39,889 nucleotides of DNA. Origin: Bacteriovoracia bacterium (GTDB lineage Bacteria; Bdellovibrionota; Bacteriovoracia; Bacteriovoracales; Bacteriovoracaceae). Location: the NCBI GenBank assembly GCA_046569805.1, contig JBKHVY010000001.1:1-39889 (forward strand). Direction: 5' to 3'. Within the stretch, counting starts at the first letter, position 1; each line of letters begins with the position of its first letter. A program made the position numbers and the translations under genes. Positions 38,046-39,889 of this stretch are shown in pieces. The notes below the pieces were generated by a model. That model saw nothing but the letters and a program-made list of their open reading frames with translations. It did not search any database and was not told the DNA's origin.

Positions 38046-39889
38046 ATGACTGATGCGACAAAGAAAGTTCCTAAGAAAAAAGGTCCCATCCGCTTTGAGG
38101 CGATCATCCCCGTGGCGGTGATCTCGGCGGCGGCGTACGGCTACTTCACGTGGTACTTCGATCAACACCTCCGGAGCGGCATCGAGTACGTCGCCACACA
38201 GGCGAACAGTGCCGAGGTCAACGTCGCCGCCGTTCGCACGAGCTTCCTTCGCGGCACCTTCGACCTCGATGGACTGCAGGTCACCGAAAAGGAGTTGCCG
38301 CAGCGAAACCTCCTCGCCATCGACAACATCCACTTCGGCTACCTCTGGGACGCACTCCTCCGGATGAAGTTCGTCGTGAACGAGGCGAGCATCAACCAGA
38401 TCCAGGTCTTCGCGCCGCGGGCGAAGCCCGGTTTCGTCCTCCCACCGGAGCCCGAGACCCCATCAAAGCTCGAGGCCATGCAGCAAGAAGTCATTGCTCA
38501 GGTTAAGGAAGAGTATTCGCAAAACATGCTCGGCGACCTCATCGCTCTTCTCGAAGGCGCAGACCCCAAGGACCAACTCCAACAGATCCGTGAGGAGCTC
38601 CAATCTGAGAAACGCGTGAAAGCGATGATCGAAGACGTTGAGACGAAGCGCAAGACCTGGGACAAGGAAGTGAAGCGCCTCTCCGATACGAGCAAGGTCA
38701 AGGAGCTCGAAGCAGAGATCAACGAACTCAAGAAAGAGAAGAATCTCCTTAAGCAAGCGCAGGGGATCAAAGACGTTACAGAAAAACTAAAGGCGATCCA
38801 AAAGCAAGCGAAGGAAGCGCAAGCGGCCGGAAAGAAGCTCGAAGGTGACGTGCGTGCCGTGGCGAACTACCCGCGCGAGATCGAAGCCCTCGTGAAAGAG
38901 GACATCGCGAGCCTGAAGAACCGCTTCCAGATCCCGCAGCTCGACCTCAAAGATATGGCGATGGCGCTCTTCTCGAAGGAGCTTGGTCAGTACATCGCCC
39001 AAGCTCGTAAGTACCAGGCACTCGCCACGCAGTACCTTCCGGAGAAGAAGGAGCGTGAAGAGGTCGTCCCCCCGCCGAGGCAGGTCGGCCGCGACTACGA
39101 GTTCCCAATCACCAAGGGCTACCCACTCTTCTGGCTCAAGAAAGCGGCCATCAGTTCGAAGGGCACGAAGGACAGTTACTCGGGGAACGTGTCAGGAGAG
39201 CTCACGAACGTCACCACGAGTCCCAAGTGGCTCAAGAAACCCACAGTGCTTGAACTGCGCGGTGATTTTCCCGCGACGCAAGTCTACGGCGTCAAGGCCA
39301 CGATCACGGCGGACTTCACACGCGCGACGCCTCAGCAACTTTTGGATCTTCGAGTTAATGAGTTCGCTATCCCTGGCCGTGAATTTTCAAAGAGCGAACA
39401 GTTGAAGTTTGGTTTTACCAAAGCCTCGGGCTCAACCGTCCTCACGGCGACTCTTGAGAAAGATCAAGTCAAGATGAGCTGGAACGCCACCATGTCGAAG
39501 CCACAATGGCTGGTCGAGGCGAAGTCGAAGCTCGCGCAGGAACTCCTCTCCGGGATCGTCAACGGCATCCCGGTCGTGTACGTGAACGGCACCGTTGGCG
39601 GCACTTGGAAGAATCTCAACATGGCGATCAACTCGAACCTCGGCGACGAACTCTCTACCGGGCTAAAGGATCAGATCGGAATCAAGCTCAAAGAAGCCGA
39701 AGGGAAGCTACAGGCACTCGTCGACGAGAAGATCAAGAAGCCCCAGCAGGAGCTCTTGTCGCAAGTTAACGCGAGCGGCGACCTCGTCACCCAGATCAAG
39801 AACCTCGATAAGCTCTACAAGGCCAACGAGGACAAGATCAAAGCTGAGATCGAGAAGCTCAAGAAAGGCGGCACTGGTTCATTGAAGGA
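38046..39889 (+). CDS. large N-terminally anchored coiled-coil protein, 3' end outside window (TIGR03545-like, from memory)
   Basis: This frame is absent from the ORF track because it has no stop within the window. ATG at 38046 opens MTDATKKVPKKKGPIRFEAIIPVAVISAAAYGYFTWYF (one TM anchor). The frame continues for more than 610 codons to the window end, with long K/E-rich coiled-coil stretches. The track ORFs at 38150-38506(+), 38983-39405(+), 39506-39769(+) and the minus-strand ones here are off-frame shadows. Confidence 0.75.
   Translation, partial: MTDATKKVPKKKGPIRFEAIIPVAVISAAAYGYFTWYFDQHLRSGIEYVATQANSAEVNVAAVRTSFLRGTFDLDGLQVTEKELPQRNLLAIDNIHFGYLWDALLRMKFVVNEASINQIQVFAPRAKPGFVLPPEPETPSKLEAMQQEVIAQVKEEYSQNMLGDLIALLEGADPKDQLQQIREELQSEKRVKAMIEDVETKRKTWDKEVKRLSDTSKVKELEAEINELKKEKNLLKQAQGIKDVTEKLKAIQKQAKEAQAAGKKLEGDVRAVANYPREIEALVKEDIASLKNRFQIPQLDLKDMAMALFSKELGQYIAQARKYQALATQYLPEKKEREEVVPPPRQVGRDYEFPITKGYPLFWLKKAAISSKGTKDSYSGNVSGELTNVTTSPKWLKKPTVLELRGDFPATQVYGVKATITADFTRATPQQLLDLRVNEFAIPGREFSKSEQLKFGFTKASGSTVLTATLEKDQVKMSWNATMSKPQWLVEAKSKLAQELLSGIVNGIPVVYVNGTVGGTWKNLNMAINSNLGDELSTGLKDQIGIKLKEAEGKLQALVDEKIKKPQQELLSQVNASGDLVTQIKNLDKLYKANEDKIKAEIEKLKKGGTGSLK

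Noticed and set aside
1-39889. Search for CRISPR arrays, tandem repeats, tRNA/rRNA/tmRNA and other structured RNA genes.
   Set aside because: No regularly spaced direct repeats were seen. All intergenic gaps are under 130 nt, except the 275-nt hmgA to flavin-reductase gap, which is occupied by the 37-codon ORF. None shows cloverleaf-like or other recognisable RNA gene structure. By-eye inspection cannot exclude short sRNAs.

Overview
This is a 39.9-kb, gene-dense chromosomal segment from a Gram-negative bacterium. The gene content and the Glt-type gliding cluster suggest a Bdellovibrio-like or 'deltaproteobacterial' lineage, but that is inference only. I can support 35 CDS, two of them cut by the window edges. 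I found no rRNA, tRNA or CRISPR array. Layout: (1) 1-2456, a small secreted protein followed by an ExbB/TolQ-like gene and two ExbD/TolR-like genes. (2) 2456-3502, an intact IS1-family-like insertion sequence with perfect 29-bp terminal inverted repeats. (3) 3497-11543 on the minus strand, six tightly coupled genes. In transcription order they encode an OM beta-barrel, a helical-repeat protein, a 959-aa TPR protein, a TPR lipoprotein, an 85-aa secreted protein and an FHA-TM-TonB_C protein. This order is colinear with GltB(A)-C-D-E-F-G/NfsB-G of the myxobacterial gliding/spore-coat machinery. (4) 11614-17297, an addB-addA-type helicase-nuclease pair. (5) hslO, then a membrane protein plus lipoprotein pair. 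(6) 19964-25832, a fused dihaem-cytochrome-b/HdrD-like Fe-S membrane protein followed by three overlapping genes for secreted proteins of unknown function, the first very Cys-rich. (7) hisS-valS. (8) A minus-strand fabI-DUF309-EI24-like-GT9-like operon. (9) A hisC-like aminotransferase, an FAH-family hydrolase and homogentisate dioxygenase, which is a tyrosine-catabolism cluster lacking hppD. (10) An unannotated 37-codon signal-peptide ORF, then a flavin reductase. (11) A small membrane protein plus a large coiled-coil protein, resembling the uncharacterised TIGR03546/TIGR03545 pair as I recall it. Start/stop overlaps (ATGA, GTGA, TAATG) are pervasive. The many long antisense ORFs in the track are shadow ORFs. 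The most notable points are the Glt/Agl-like module with an IS whose terminus supplies the stop codon of the GltG-like gene, the uncharacterised Fe-S plus secreted-protein operon, and the uncharacterised terminal gene pair. I found no recognisable defence, toxin or CRISPR-type system.
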